A program made the translations under genes and the position numbers. The notes below the pieces were generated by a model, which had not been told where the DNA came from, made no database searches, and saw only the letters and a list, made by a program, of their open reading frames with translations. From NCBI GenBank assembly GCA_049324835.1, contig JBMOMT010000055.1:100549-164548 (forward strand): 64,000 bases of DNA. The letters are read 5' to 3'. This DNA is from Chloroflexota bacterium. Its GTDB lineage: Bacteria; Chloroflexota; Anaerolineae; CAYNKW01. Positions 30,325 to 40,399 of this stretch are shown in pieces. Positions within the stretch are counted from its first letter, which is position 1. Every line of letters begins with the position of its first letter.

Positions 30325-31321
30325 CGTTCAACGCCTCCATCATGGCCCGGTAACGAGCCGGTTCCTCTTCGAAAATGTAATTCACAGGCGTCACGACGAC
30401 GCCGCTGCCGCCGATGGCCCGCAGTTCGTTCACCACCTGAAAGAGCTGATCCCGGCGCACGATGATGTGCGCGGCGTACCAGTTGGGGTTATCCTCCCGC
30501 ACCACCACCCGCGAGATGGTGGGACCCTGCAGGCCACTCAGGATCTCCTGGGCGAACATCTGGCGGGCGATGGTCTCCGGCGACGCGCCTCGCATGTTGG
30601 CGAACACGGCCAGGTGGCCCTCGGCGCGCAGATGGGCCTCGACGTATTCGAGCAGCGTGCGGGCCACAGCCAGCACCTCCGGGCGGCGCCGGAGGGCGGC
30701 CCGGTTGGCGATGAGGCTGGCCTGGGAGCGAATGATCGTCCCGTCGTACAGGGGACACAGCCGGTTGTCGCGCAGCGTCTGCCCGGAAGAGACCAGGTCG
30801 GCGATGAGATCGGCGTAACCGATGGCAGGGGCGACCTCCAGCGCGCCCTCGGCGTCGATGAGATCAAAAGGCCGGATGGCGTGGCGCTCCAAAAACGCGG
30901 CAGTGAGATGCGGAAACTTGGTAGCCACGCGAAGGGGCCGCGGGAGGGTGCGGGCGTGGGCCGCCAGATCGTCCATCGTGCGCGCGGGCCAGGTTTCGGG
31001 CACGGCGACGCAGAGCTGGCAATGCCCAAAGCCGAGGGCGTCGTGCAGCACCAGCACGTCGTCGTTCTCACCCCGTCGCTCGGCTACCATGTCCACGCCG
31101 GTGATGCCGAAATCGACGCTGCCATCGCGCACACTGACGACGATGTCGCCGGGCCGTTGCAAGAGCACGGTCAGGCCGGGCAGGTGGGGAATGCGGGCGG
31201 CGTACTGGCGGGGGTTGGGCTTGTCGACGCGGAGGCCGCAGGCGGACAAAAAGTCCTGGGCCGCCTCCGCCAGGCGCCCCTTGCTGGGCAGCGAGAGTCG
31301 CACGTCGTTTTGTCTATCCAT
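30314..31321 (-). CDS. hisG: ATP phosphoribosyltransferase (long form)
   Basis: LPSKGRL, VATKFP, EGALEVAP, DLVSSGQTLRDN; C-terminal regulatory domain; SD GAGGAG. Confidence 0.95.
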   Translation of the reverse strand: MDRQNDVRLSLPSKGRLAEAAQDFLSACGLRVDKPNPRQYAARIPHLPGLTVLLQRPGDIVVSVRDGSVDFGITGVDMVAERRGENDDVLVLHDALGFGHCQLCVAVPETWPARTMDDLAAHARTLPRPLRVATKFPHLTAAFLERHAIRPFDLIDAEGALEVAPAIGYADLIADLVSSGQTLRDNRLCPLYDGTIIRSQASLIANRAALRRRPEVLAVARTLLEYVEAHLRAEGHLAVFANMRGASPETIARQMFAQEILSGLQGPTISRVVVREDNPNWYAAHIIVRRDQLFQVVNELRAIGGSGVVVTPVNYIFEEEPARYRAMMEALNDDH

Positions 31322-31360
31322 GGGCAAACTCCTCGTCCGGCCGGGCCGGAGCCGAAATGG

Positions 31361-31396
31361 AAAATAAAAAGCCCTCACCGGGTGGCTGGTGAGGGC
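31361..31396 (-). terminator. his attenuator intrinsic terminator
   Basis: GCCCTCACC-AGCCACCC-GGTGAGGGC followed by TTTTTATTTT, between the leader peptide and hisG. Confidence 0.85.
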
Positions 31397-31418
31397 CAAA
31401 ATCGCGCCAGAAGTCACG

Positions 31419-31505
31419 TCATGCAAGCCAAACCACACCTCCCCGGTTGGGTGGTGAGAAACCGTGAATATGGTGATGGGTGTGGGCTTGTCTGATTGTG
31501 TTCAT
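31419..31505 (-). CDS. hisL: his operon leader peptide MNTIRQAHTHHHIHGFSPPNRGGVVWLA
   Basis: Hand-translated 28-aa ORF with 5 His in 7 consecutive codons, immediately upstream of the terminator. Confidence 0.85.
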   Translation of the reverse strand: MNTIRQAHTHHHIHGFSPPNRGGVVWLA

Positions 31506-31514
31506 GTCGGGAAT

Positions 31515-31542
31515 ATTATAGCATCGATGCAGGAAAAGTCAA
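31515..31542 (-). promoter_or_regulatory. his operon promoter
   Basis: TTGACT-N16-TATAAT with extended -10 TG, 9 nt before the leader ATG. Confidence 0.75.
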
Positions 31543-31766
31543 AAGGGATTCGCTGATGCCTCGAGCAAATACCTTGGCGCAAGGCGCCGAGTGTGTTACT
31601 ATGCTTTACCACAAAAATGGCGGCGCGATAGTCCTTAACGTAACGGTTGTGTAATCAGATGTCGTTCTGCGGCCAGGTGGGTCAGAATATGATAGCCCTT
31701 GGTTATCTCTTCTCCCCGATCCACCGCTGTTTTACGCCGTATACAACATGCCCGCCCAAGTGGCAT

Positions 31767-31811
31767 AGGATGACCGATTTCAGCCTGCGGGAGGGTAGGC
31801 TGAGCAGTTAC
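31767..31811 (+). mobile_element. MITE copy 2 (right-end fragment)
   Basis: AGGATGACCGATTTCAGCCTGCGGGAGGGTAGGCTGAGCAGTTAC matches the right end of copies 3 and 4. Confidence 0.8.
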
Positions 31812-31820
31812 GACAAGCCG

Positions 31821-32717
31821 CTAAATACGCAACCTGGGATCCAGCGCATCACGCAGCCCATCGCCCAACAGATTGATAAAAAGTACGGCGGCAAAGATCG
31901 CCCCGCCGGGAAATATCGACATCCACCACGCCTCACGCAAATAGTCTCGGCCATAGTTCAACATGGCCCCCCATTCGGGAGATGGAGGCTGCGCCCCCAG
32001 GCCGAGGTAACTCAGGCCGGCTGTGACCATGATGGCGCTGCCCAGCCCCAGCGTGCTGTAAACGATGAGTGGCGCCAGGATATTGGGCAATATCTGCGTA
32101 AACATGATGTGGAAATCGCTGGCTCCCAGAACCCGGGCGGCGACGACATACTCGCAATTCCTGGCAACCAGAACGTTGCCCCGAACAAAACGCGAGACCG
32201 ATGGAATGGACGAGAGACCCAGGGCGATGAGGACGGTGCCCAGGTTGGGACCCAACGCGGCGACGATGGCCAGAACCAGTAGAATGGTCGGAAAGGCGAG
32301 AAACACATCCACCAGGCGCATGATAACCGCATCGACAGCGCCGCCGAAATAGCCAGAGACGAGGCCCAACGTAATGCCACCGATCCCGGCTACGACAATG
32401 GCCAGCAAAGCCACCCGCAGCGATTCTCGCCCTCCCCAGAGCACCCGGCTGAGGATGTCCCGGCCCAGATCATCGGTGCCGAGGGGGTGTTGCGGCCTGG
32501 GTGGTTCCAGGATGTGCTCAAAATCCATTTCGGTGGGATCGATCGGGGCGAGCACCGGAGCAAACACAATCGCCAGGATGACGAGGCTGAATCCGATCAA
32601 ACCGAGCATGCCGGTGGGGTGATGCCGCAGCGTGCGCCAGGCGCTCTGCCAGAGGCTTTCGCCAATGCGCTCCTCGGACTCTTTTTTTGCCTGCGGCTGG
32701 CCTGACTTGGTCATCAT
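31821..32717 (-). CDS. Peptide/nickel ABC transporter permease (DppC/OppC-like)
   Basis: HPLGTDDLGRD, EYVVAARVLGA, NLLGDGLRDALDP. Confidence 0.92.
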   Translation of the reverse strand: MMTKSGQPQAKKESEERIGESLWQSAWRTLRHHPTGMLGLIGFSLVILAIVFAPVLAPIDPTEMDFEHILEPPRPQHPLGTDDLGRDILSRVLWGGRESLRVALLAIVVAGIGGITLGLVSGYFGGAVDAVIMRLVDVFLAFPTILLVLAIVAALGPNLGTVLIALGLSSIPSVSRFVRGNVLVARNCEYVVAARVLGASDFHIMFTQILPNILAPLIVYSTLGLGSAIMVTAGLSYLGLGAQPPSPEWGAMLNYGRDYLREAWWMSIFPGGAIFAAVLFINLLGDGLRDALDPRLRI

Positions 32718-32736
32718 GGGTTTCCCCCGCCATCCA

Positions 32737-33657
32737 TCAATCGTACCGAATCCTCGGATCCAGCCAGCCATATATCAAGTCGACCATCAGGTTCAACACA
32801 ACGTAAAACGTGGCCATAAAGAGCACCACACCCTGAACCTGAGGATAATCTCGGGCGGCAATGGCATTGACGGCAAACCGGCCAAGTCCTGGCCGGGCGA
32901 ATACGTTCTCAATAAAGACAGCGCCGCCCAACATGGCGGCGAACTGTAATCCGATGACGGTCACCACGGGAATGAGGGCGTTACGCAGAACGTGGACAGC
33001 TATCACCGTCTGTTGGCTCAGTCCTTTGGCTCGCGCAGTGCGCACGTAATCCTCGTGGATCACTTCCTGGATGCTGGAGCGGGTCAGCCGCGCCAGCACG
33101 GCGGCAGGCGCCAGCGCAAGGCAAATGGCCGGCAGGACAAGGGCCTTTAGCCCCTGCCCGCCCGTCACCGGGATCCATTGCAGGCGCACGCCGAAAACAA
33201 TGATGAGCACGATGGCCAGCCAGAAATTGGGAATCGACAGGCCAATCAGCGCAGTGACCATCGTCACACTTTTTATGCCGCGATTCCGGGTGGTGGCGGC
33301 AAGCGTTCCGACTCCCACGCCAAAAAAGATGGCCAAAAACATCGCCGCCAGGGTGAGTTCCAACGTGCTGGGAAAGCGGGCCAGAATCTCCGCCAGGACA
33401 TCGGTCTGCCCGCGGATCGATGTGCCCAGATCGCCGTGTAAGGCATTCCAGACGTAACGGGCATATTGGGCGAGGAAAGGATCGTTGAAGCCAAGTTGCT
33501 CTCTCAGCTCGGCGACCCGATCGGGCGTGGCGTATGGGCCCAGCATGAGCGCCACCGGATCGCCTGGCGTCACCTGGGCGATGGCAAAGGTGATAAAGGT
33601 CACTCCCAGCAAAATGGGAAAAAGCAAGAGTAGACGCCGCGCGACATATATGGCCAT
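32737..33657 (-). CDS. Peptide/nickel ABC transporter permease (DppB/OppB-like)
   Basis: PGDP, GDLGTS, DYVRTARAKGL, LDPRI. Confidence 0.92.
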   Translation of the reverse strand: MAIYVARRLLLLFPILLGVTFITFAIAQVTPGDPVALMLGPYATPDRVAELREQLGFNDPFLAQYARYVWNALHGDLGTSIRGQTDVLAEILARFPSTLELTLAAMFLAIFFGVGVGTLAATTRNRGIKSVTMVTALIGLSIPNFWLAIVLIIVFGVRLQWIPVTGGQGLKALVLPAICLALAPAAVLARLTRSSIQEVIHEDYVRTARAKGLSQQTVIAVHVLRNALIPVVTVIGLQFAAMLGGAVFIENVFARPGLGRFAVNAIAARDYPQVQGVVLFMATFYVVLNLMVDLIYGWLDPRIRYD

Positions 33658-33708
33658 ACTACGGTTCTCCCCGGTTTGTGTCCTGTCGCCGGATTGTGGT
33701 CTGGCTGC

Positions 33709-34983
33709 CTATGCCGGCACATTCTGGATGAGACTCAGGTCGCCATCCTGTGCGGCGCGCAGGATCGGCCCCATGTACTCATCCACGGTTTCTGCTGCGA
33801 GAGGCACCGGCATGTTCTCGAGCTTCATCTTTAATTGCGGGTTCTTGGCAGCGGCCAGGGCGCGCTCGATGTGTTGCGCCGTGAACCCCTCCACCTGGCT
33901 CAGGGTCGTGGGAAAGCCGATCTGCCGGGCAAAGGCAAACATCGCCTCGGCCACCGCCAGCCCCAGCTCTCGACCGCGCAGATTCTCAAAATCAGCATCG
34001 CTCAATCTGGCCTGGCGATAGACGCCGCCGATCCGCCTCAGCGGCCGCTCGATGGCCGGCGCAAAAAAGACGGTATAGTAGGGATTCATGATGGCGCAGG
34101 CCCGGCCATGACTGAGAATATCGACCAGTGAAAAGCTGGTGAGGTGCCCGCCGTTGGTGCCGCCGAGCATGATGGCATACCCGCCCAGGTCTGTGGCCAG
34201 GCACAGCGCCTCGCGCGCCGGCGCGTCGTGGGGGGCCTCCAGCACGCGCCAGAGATTGTTCACAACCAGCCCGATGGCAGTGAGGGCGATCTCTTCGATG
34301 TGGTCATAGCCGGCACTGCCCACGGCGCCATAGAGCACTTCCAGGCAATGGGAAACGCCGTCCAGCGCCCCGTCGGCTGTCAGGGCCGGAGGAGTGCTGT
34401 GGGTCACCCCATAGTCCAAGATGGCGTAGGGCGGCACAATGGCCTCATCGACGATCAGTTTCTTTTGGCCCGTGGCCGCGTCGGTGATGTTGGAGTATTT
34501 TGTCAGGTGGGCAGCCGAGCTGGCCACCGTCTGGATGGCCACGTGCGGCCGCAGCGCCCTGTCGCCGGCAGCGAGGGCCTGCGTGACCAGGCCTGTGCCA
34601 AAGTAGCCGTCGATCTCGCCGCCCAGGCAGCGCAACACCTCGGCCGCTTTGGCGGCGTCGATGGTGCTGCCCCCGCCAAAACTGAGCAGCAGGTCGGCAT
34701 CGAGGTCTGCGAGCCGGGCAGCGATGCGGAACAGGTCCTGGCGGGGGGCGTTGGGCCGCGCGCCCTGCACCTGGCCCACCAGCGCCACGCCCGCTTCAGA
34801 GAGCGAATCTCGAATGGCCGCCACATAACCGTCGCTGCCGGGGAACGTGCCCCGCACCAGGGCCGCCCGCCTGCCCAGCCTGCCGGCCACCAGCCCGATG
34901 CCGGCCAGAGTGCCCGCGCCAAACAGATAACGGTCGCCTTTGAATTCGCGCAACAGAGCGTATGCCTTTTGCCTGTCGGTCAT
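33709..34983 (-). CDS. Iron-containing alcohol dehydrogenase family protein
   Basis: FGGGSTIDAAK, DGVSHCLE, GH...SHG metal ligands. Confidence 0.85.
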   Translation of the reverse strand: MTDRQKAYALLREFKGDRYLFGAGTLAGIGLVAGRLGRRAALVRGTFPGSDGYVAAIRDSLSEAGVALVGQVQGARPNAPRQDLFRIAARLADLDADLLLSFGGGSTIDAAKAAEVLRCLGGEIDGYFGTGLVTQALAAGDRALRPHVAIQTVASSAAHLTKYSNITDAATGQKKLIVDEAIVPPYAILDYGVTHSTPPALTADGALDGVSHCLEVLYGAVGSAGYDHIEEIALTAIGLVVNNLWRVLEAPHDAPAREALCLATDLGGYAIMLGGTNGGHLTSFSLVDILSHGRACAIMNPYYTVFFAPAIERPLRRIGGVYRQARLSDADFENLRGRELGLAVAEAMFAFARQIGFPTTLSQVEGFTAQHIERALAAAKNPQLKMKLENMPVPLAAETVDEYMGPILRAAQDGDLSLIQNVPA

Positions 34984-35058
34984 GGAATCAGCCCCCTTTT
35001 CTGGTCAAAAATCCTGCACTATGCTACCAGAAATGTGGATCAAATGCAAACGGCAGCT

Positions 35059-36744
35059 TTATCTGGCTGGCCGCCAGGGGGTGGGCGCCTCAGCGTTGAG
35101 ATCCGTCACCACGTCGATCACCACCGGGCGTGAGGAGGCCAATGCCCGCCGCACGGCAGGAGCGATCTCTTGTGGGGCCTCGACCCTGATTCCCACACAC
35201 CCCATCTCTTTAGCGATGCGCGCATAGTTGGTCTGCCGGAAACGGTACAACGACTCTTTGTCGCCGGATCGGTCGCCGTAGGCGGCATGCACGCCGGGGA
35301 TACACTGCCCGAGGCCGCTGTTGTTGTTCACGATGGTCACGGTTGTTATGCCGTAGCGGCTGGCAGTCTCGAGCTCACCCATGTGATACAAAAAGCCGCC
35401 ATCCCCGGTAAAGCAGATCACAGGCCTTTGCGGGGCGGCACACCTGGCGCCGAGCGCCGCCGGAAAGGCCCAACCCAGCGAGCCGGCAGCGCGGATAAAA
35501 GTCTGCCTGGGATCGGTCAAACGGATCATGGTCGCAGTCCAGATGGCCGAATAGCCCGTGTCCGAAACCAGGATGGCCTCTGGCGGCAGGACGTCGCTCA
35601 ACTCCTGGCACAGCCGTTCCGGCCGAATCGGTATGGCGGCTGAGGTGAGCAGCGGCTCGTACTCGGCTTCCCATTCCCTCACCCATGCCTGTGCTCTGGC
35701 CACCCACCGGGCATGGCTCCCCTGACCGTCGAGGCAATCGGCGAGGTGTTCCAACGCCACCCTGGTATCACCCAACACGCCGACAGTGTTCGGGTAGCTT
35801 TTGCCCAGCTCGGACGGATCGATGTCGATCTGGACTACCGGCGTCCCCGGTGTGGGAATCTGCCAGTCGTAGGTCACCTGGTCGCCGGTGTGGCTGCCCA
35901 CATAGATCACCAGATCGGCCTCCGCTACGATCCGGTTGGCGCACCAGCGGGAATAAGAGCCCACCACGCCGGCGCACAGAGGATGATTCTCGGGGATGCT
36001 GCCCTTACCATTGACCGAAGTGGCCACGGGAACCGACAATTTTTCGGCCAGCCTGACGATCTCCGGACCTGCCCCCGATATTCTCACCCCGCCGCCCGCA
36101 ACGATGACCGGGCGGCTGGCTCGCGCCAGGGCCTGCGCCGCGAGGCGCACCTGCTCCGGATCTGGCGCGGGCCGGGCCGATGGATAACGGGTATAGCTCT
36201 CCTCCACCACCGGCTGGCTGTCGATGGCGGCCTGTTCCAGGACCTCAGCCCGGGCGCCCAAAAGGTCCAGGTGCGCCGGGCGGGGCTTGCCCGAAGTAAC
36301 CTCACGAAAGGCCTGCCGCAGGTAAAAAGGCAGTTGCCCGGCGGCAACCACGTTGACGTTGTACTTGGTCACCGGCTGGTACAAAGGCCCGTGAACGATC
36401 TCCTGGTAGGCGTTTCGATGCTGAAACAAGGGGGGTTTGCAGCCCGTCAGCGCGATCACCGGCGAGCATCCCAGGTAGGCGTCCTGCAAACCCGCGGCCA
36501 TATTGGCCGCGCCGACCGACTGGGCCATGCAGACCCCAGGCCGGCCGCTGATCCGGGCGTAGCCATCGGCCATGTAGGCCGCTGCTTTTTCCGAATGAGT
36601 GACAATACGCTGGACGCCCAGCCTTTCCAGCTCGACCAGGGTGTGCCTGAGGATAGCATCGATGTAAAATACGTGGCTCACGCCATAGCCATGCAGCGTT
36701 TCGGCGATGAATCTGGCGCAGGTCATGCTGGTTCTGCTGTTCAT
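35059..36744 (-). CDS. Thiamine pyrophosphate-dependent enzyme (acetolactate synthase-like)
   Basis: HSEKAAAYMADGYARISG, GDGGF...VNNN TPP-binding motif. Confidence 0.9.
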   Translation of the reverse strand: MNSRTSMTCARFIAETLHGYGVSHVFYIDAILRHTLVELERLGVQRIVTHSEKAAAYMADGYARISGRPGVCMAQSVGAANMAAGLQDAYLGCSPVIALTGCKPPLFQHRNAYQEIVHGPLYQPVTKYNVNVVAAGQLPFYLRQAFREVTSGKPRPAHLDLLGARAEVLEQAAIDSQPVVEESYTRYPSARPAPDPEQVRLAAQALARASRPVIVAGGGVRISGAGPEIVRLAEKLSVPVATSVNGKGSIPENHPLCAGVVGSYSRWCANRIVAEADLVIYVGSHTGDQVTYDWQIPTPGTPVVQIDIDPSELGKSYPNTVGVLGDTRVALEHLADCLDGQGSHARWVARAQAWVREWEAEYEPLLTSAAIPIRPERLCQELSDVLPPEAILVSDTGYSAIWTATMIRLTDPRQTFIRAAGSLGWAFPAALGARCAAPQRPVICFTGDGGFLYHMGELETASRYGITTVTIVNNNSGLGQCIPGVHAAYGDRSGDKESLYRFRQTNYARIAKEMGCVGIRVEAPQEIAPAVRRALASSRPVVIDVVTDLNAEAPTPWRPAR

Positions 36745-37976
36745 GGTTTTGTTTCCCTCGTCTGTTGGGCCAGGGTCGTTTGGGCTTGCTGGCTCCACTG
36801 CGCATAGCCCTGCGACCGGGCCGAGGGCTCGACGGCCAGTCCGTTTTTGATGGTTAGCCGGGGAACCAGCAGGCTCTGGCCGAACAGGGTGTGCCCGTCC
36901 CGGTTGTCGATAAAGAGAAAATTCCCTTCGAGCTGTTCGAGAAGCGAGAGATCGGCGGGCATACCCACGCCAAGACTGCCTCTGCTGCGCTCCTGGCCCA
37001 GGACTCTGGCGGCGTTCACGGTGGTCATTTCGATCACCTGGGTCAAGCTCAGGCCCAGAGCCAGGAACTCGGACATCAAAACGGTCAGGCCAAAGGGGAT
37101 GGGGGCATTGAGCAAAAAGGTGGTCGAGTCGGTGCTCAGGGTGGTGGGCAGAATGTCCTGTGCCAGCGCTTGGCGCGCCACTTGAAAATCGAGGTGGCCG
37201 ATGGCCGAGGCCACGTCCAGGCGCACCCCCCGCTCTATGGCGTCTCGCAGCGCGGGCATCACATCTCCTGCGAGGCCGATGAGCCCTCCCGGCCGGCCGG
37301 TAAAGATATGAGTCAGCACGTCTCCTCTTTCCAACAGGTCCAGCATGCGGCGGGTAAAGGCCGTCAGCTCGGCAGCCGGCAGGGCTTCGCCGCGATCCAG
37401 CCCCAGATGCACCATCACAGGCAGCCCGGCGTCGACAGCAACACGTTTGGCCAGGGCCACCGTGTCGATGCCCAACTCGGCGATCGTGTTGGCTGTAGCC
37501 CGTGTCTTGATCCCTTTGATGATGTTCCGGTTCCGGTCGATGACCTGCAACATCTGGTCGGCGCTGACGTGCCGCCAGCCGGTTTCAGGGATGACCGCCT
37601 CGCCGACGGGAGAGAGATGCAGGAAGCAGAACACGTCGGTCTGGGCCTGTGGGATCACATACTCGCGCAGGCCGGCAAAATTGGCATAACCGGTGCTGCC
37701 GGCGTCGCAAACGGTGGTCACACCCGCGCGGACGCCCACCTGATCGGGCGCTGCAGCCAGGGGAACGATGGCCTCAGCCACGTGGGTATGGATGTCGATG
37801 AGTCCGGGGGTCACAATCATCCCGCTCGCATCGATCACCCTCTGCCCCTCGGCAGCAGAGAGATCGGGGGCCAGGATCTCGATCTTGCCCGCGCGGATGC
37901 CGACGTCGAGCAGCGCCCTGGTATTCCGGGCAGGATCGATGACCTGGCCGCCTTTGACCACAACCTCGTAAGCCAT
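36741..37976 (-). CDS. Amidohydrolase/deacetylase-family metallohydrolase (dihydroorotase-like)
   Basis: PGLIDIHTH, GVTTVCDAGS, GIK, MVH, LTH, LSTD. Confidence 0.85.
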   Translation of the reverse strand: MAYEVVVKGGQVIDPARNTRALLDVGIRAGKIEILAPDLSAAEGQRVIDASGMIVTPGLIDIHTHVAEAIVPLAAAPDQVGVRAGVTTVCDAGSTGYANFAGLREYVIPQAQTDVFCFLHLSPVGEAVIPETGWRHVSADQMLQVIDRNRNIIKGIKTRATANTIAELGIDTVALAKRVAVDAGLPVMVHLGLDRGEALPAAELTAFTRRMLDLLERGDVLTHIFTGRPGGLIGLAGDVMPALRDAIERGVRLDVASAIGHLDFQVARQALAQDILPTTLSTDSTTFLLNAPIPFGLTVLMSEFLALGLSLTQVIEMTTVNAARVLGQERSRGSLGVGMPADLSLLEQLEGNFLFIDNRDGHTLFGQSLLVPRLTIKNGLAVEPSARSQGYAQWSQQAQTTLAQQTRETKP

Positions 37977-37981
37977 CCGCC

Positions 37982-39112
37982 TCACCCTCCAAAGCGATAG
38001 CTGTTGAACGGCGTGGAACAGGGTGGCCCCGGTGAAAGGTGCAACACCGGCTCTGCCGAAAGCTCCATGATGAGACAGCCCAGCGTAATGTTCACGCCGG
38101 TTCCCTTGTCGATACATACCGGCCCATCGTGCGAGCTCAGGACGGCTTTGATCGTATCGATGTCAACGATCCTGGCCGGATCACGCAAATGTTTTTCCAG
38201 AGACGCGAACCGGGCATAGGTCGTCTGGCGGTTTTTGTACCAGGTGAGAATATCGGGCGGCATCCTGGACAGTCGCCGGTTGTGACGTTCCTGATCGTCG
38301 TTTACCAGCGGGTGATTGGTATGATAGACGCGGTTTGCCCCAGGGTAGGCGGTGAACTCGCAGATCTTGTGAGCCGAACATTCCAGGTCCAGGACCCGGT
38401 CTGGCCCGCCGACGACATAGTTCTGGCCCGAAGCGTGTTTGACCCGGCGCATAAAACCCAGCGCCTCGTCCAGGTTGGGCTGGGCCAGAAAGCCACGCAC
38501 GATGAAATCCTCGGGCAGGCCATCGATCGCATAATCCAATTGGAGCAACGTGTTGCAACAAATGCCGACTCCCTGGTTGTTCAGGCCGGCCAGCGAGATC
38601 TTGCCGGCGACGGTAAAGACCAGGGCCTCGACAGGACTCGAGGGGTCCTGGATGTGCAGCAGCACCTGATGATCGTCGTAATAGGCTGGCGAGTCCATGT
38701 TCTGGGCGATCACCGGCGGGCCGCCCCTTTGATGCCAGGCGCCCAACGCGCTGCAGCTTTCCGGCGGGCGGATGCCCAGCTCGATCTTTTTTTCAAAACG
38801 ATACCAGGGCTCCTCGTCGCTCAACTGCCGGACGAGGGTATACTCGAAACCGACGCCCGCTCCCTCGGCGATGCCTCTGACCTCTTCCAGAAGATCGGGC
38901 GTCCACCGTTCGATGGCCGGCACAAAGTCGGTCTCGGCCAAAAACAGGGCGATATACTCCTCCGGCTCCATGCCCAGCTCTGACCGCAACTCGTGCTGCC
39001 AGCGTGCCTTGTGCTCGTGGATCGTGGGCCGCAGGGTCTCGCCGTGAATCCGACCGCGCTCCCTCGGAGCGCCGGCCAAGGTCAAAAAGGGAATCCCGGC
39101 CGGGTTTATCAA
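37982..39112 (-). CDS. Peptidase C45 (isopenicillin-N acyltransferase-like Ntn hydrolase)
   Basis: ERGRIHGE, ESCS (autocleavage Cys), AQNMD, GLNNQG, HTNH; TTG start after AAGGAGG. Confidence 0.85.
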   Translation of the reverse strand: MINPAGIPFLTLAGAPRERGRIHGETLRPTIHEHKARWQHELRSELGMEPEEYIALFLAETDFVPAIERWTPDLLEEVRGIAEGAGVGFEYTLVRQLSDEEPWYRFEKKIELGIRPPESCSALGAWHQRGGPPVIAQNMDSPAYYDDHQVLLHIQDPSSPVEALVFTVAGKISLAGLNNQGVGICCNTLLQLDYAIDGLPEDFIVRGFLAQPNLDEALGFMRRVKHASGQNYVVGGPDRVLDLECSAHKICEFTAYPGANRVYHTNHPLVNDDQERHNRRLSRMPPDILTWYKNRQTTYARFASLEKHLRDPARIVDIDTIKAVLSSHDGPVCIDKGTGVNITLGCLIMELSAEPVLHLSPGPPCSTPFNSYRFGG

Positions 39113-39150
39113 CAGTCTACCTCCTTGGTGTTCTTGGCTGCTGCCAGGGC

Positions 39151-40341
39151 CTACAGGTTCGGGTCGATGGCCGTGGCAATGGTAGCCTTGCACAACTTGG
39201 TGATGTGATCGAAATCGAGTCGGTCGATCGTATCACCCATCGAATGGACAAAGGGGTTGCGCCAGTTCGAGGTATCAAAGGCAAACACCGCCGGAATGCC
39301 CGCCCGCCAGAAAGGGGCATGATCGGAACCAAAGGCCTGCGGATAAAGCCCAGCAATCACCTCGAAACCGGGCATCTGAAAAAAGGCATGCCCCAGGTCG
39401 ATATCCTCTCGCTGACAGTGGGCGCAGAACGCCTGCGCCAGCCGGCTCGAGCTGGCGTCGGCGATGATGAATGCCCAATCTCCCACCTCGCCCTCTGCAT
39501 CCACCTGGTAGGTTTGTAGCATATCGTAGGTCAGGTTTTCAGGCAGTCGCTGCGATCGCTTGTGTTTAAAAGTCGTGCCGATCTCGTCCAGACAGATGGC
39601 AAGCCGGATCTTTTTTCCCAGATGGAGAGCCTCATCCACCCATGCGCTGCTGCCTATTTTGCCCGTCTTGCCAATGGCCGTGGCAGCGTCCAGCCCGGCG
39701 TAATCTTGCTGGCACTCGTGCAGATAGGTGAGCAGCGGCCGGGGCATTTTGTCTTTCAACTGCTCTGTGGCCTGGCCCAGGGCCTCATAGTTGAACTTGC
39801 CAGCGTTGATGGCCGCCCCCACCAGCTCGGTGTGCTGTTTCACCAGCCGGGCCACCGCGTAGCTCGTGTATCGCTGGCTGGCGTCGGTCAGGCCCAGCTC
39901 CTGGGCGCGCCGGCGAAGTCTCAGCTTGACGGCGGGTGGCAGTCCCTCTTCCAGGCTGGCGCTGACAAAACGCACCGCTGGCAGGTTTTCCTCTCCGGCT
40001 AGAACGCGGGCGGCTTCGAGCATCACTGCCACGCCGGCCGCATTGTCGTTGGCGCCGGGGGTATTGTAGACGGTATCATAGTGATTGATGATCACCGCCG
40101 CCGGTTCATCTTTGTCGCCAAGCCAGCCCTCGATGTTGTAAAAGGTATCGTCCCAGTCTGCAAGCCGGAACGCCTGGGCGCGCACGGGCAGACCATAACT
40201 CTCCATCTCGGCATAGATGTAATCGGCTGCTTCTTTCAGCTTTTCCGGCGTGTCTATGGGGTGTCTGACCCCTTCCAACCTGAGAACGTGCTGATACAGG
40301 CGTTCCGTATCCACACGCTGGAGAATCTCTTTTAAACTCAT
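39151..40341 (-). CDS. Peptidase M28 family protein with ~90-aa insertion
   Basis: NHYD, PGANDNAAG, LEE, CLDEIG, SDHAPF, HSMGDT. Confidence 0.85.
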   Translation of the reverse strand: MSLKEILQRVDTERLYQHVLRLEGVRHPIDTPEKLKEAADYIYAEMESYGLPVRAQAFRLADWDDTFYNIEGWLGDKDEPAAVIINHYDTVYNTPGANDNAAGVAVMLEAARVLAGEENLPAVRFVSASLEEGLPPAVKLRLRRRAQELGLTDASQRYTSYAVARLVKQHTELVGAAINAGKFNYEALGQATEQLKDKMPRPLLTYLHECQQDYAGLDAATAIGKTGKIGSSAWVDEALHLGKKIRLAICLDEIGTTFKHKRSQRLPENLTYDMLQTYQVDAEGEVGDWAFIIADASSSRLAQAFCAHCQREDIDLGHAFFQMPGFEVIAGLYPQAFGSDHAPFWRAGIPAVFAFDTSNWRNPFVHSMGDTIDRLDFDHITKLCKATIATAIDPNL

Positions 40342-40399
40342 CGCATCCAACTCCTCTCTGCGGGCCGGATTTCGTTCCAGACGGGAAGAGCCGCACGGG

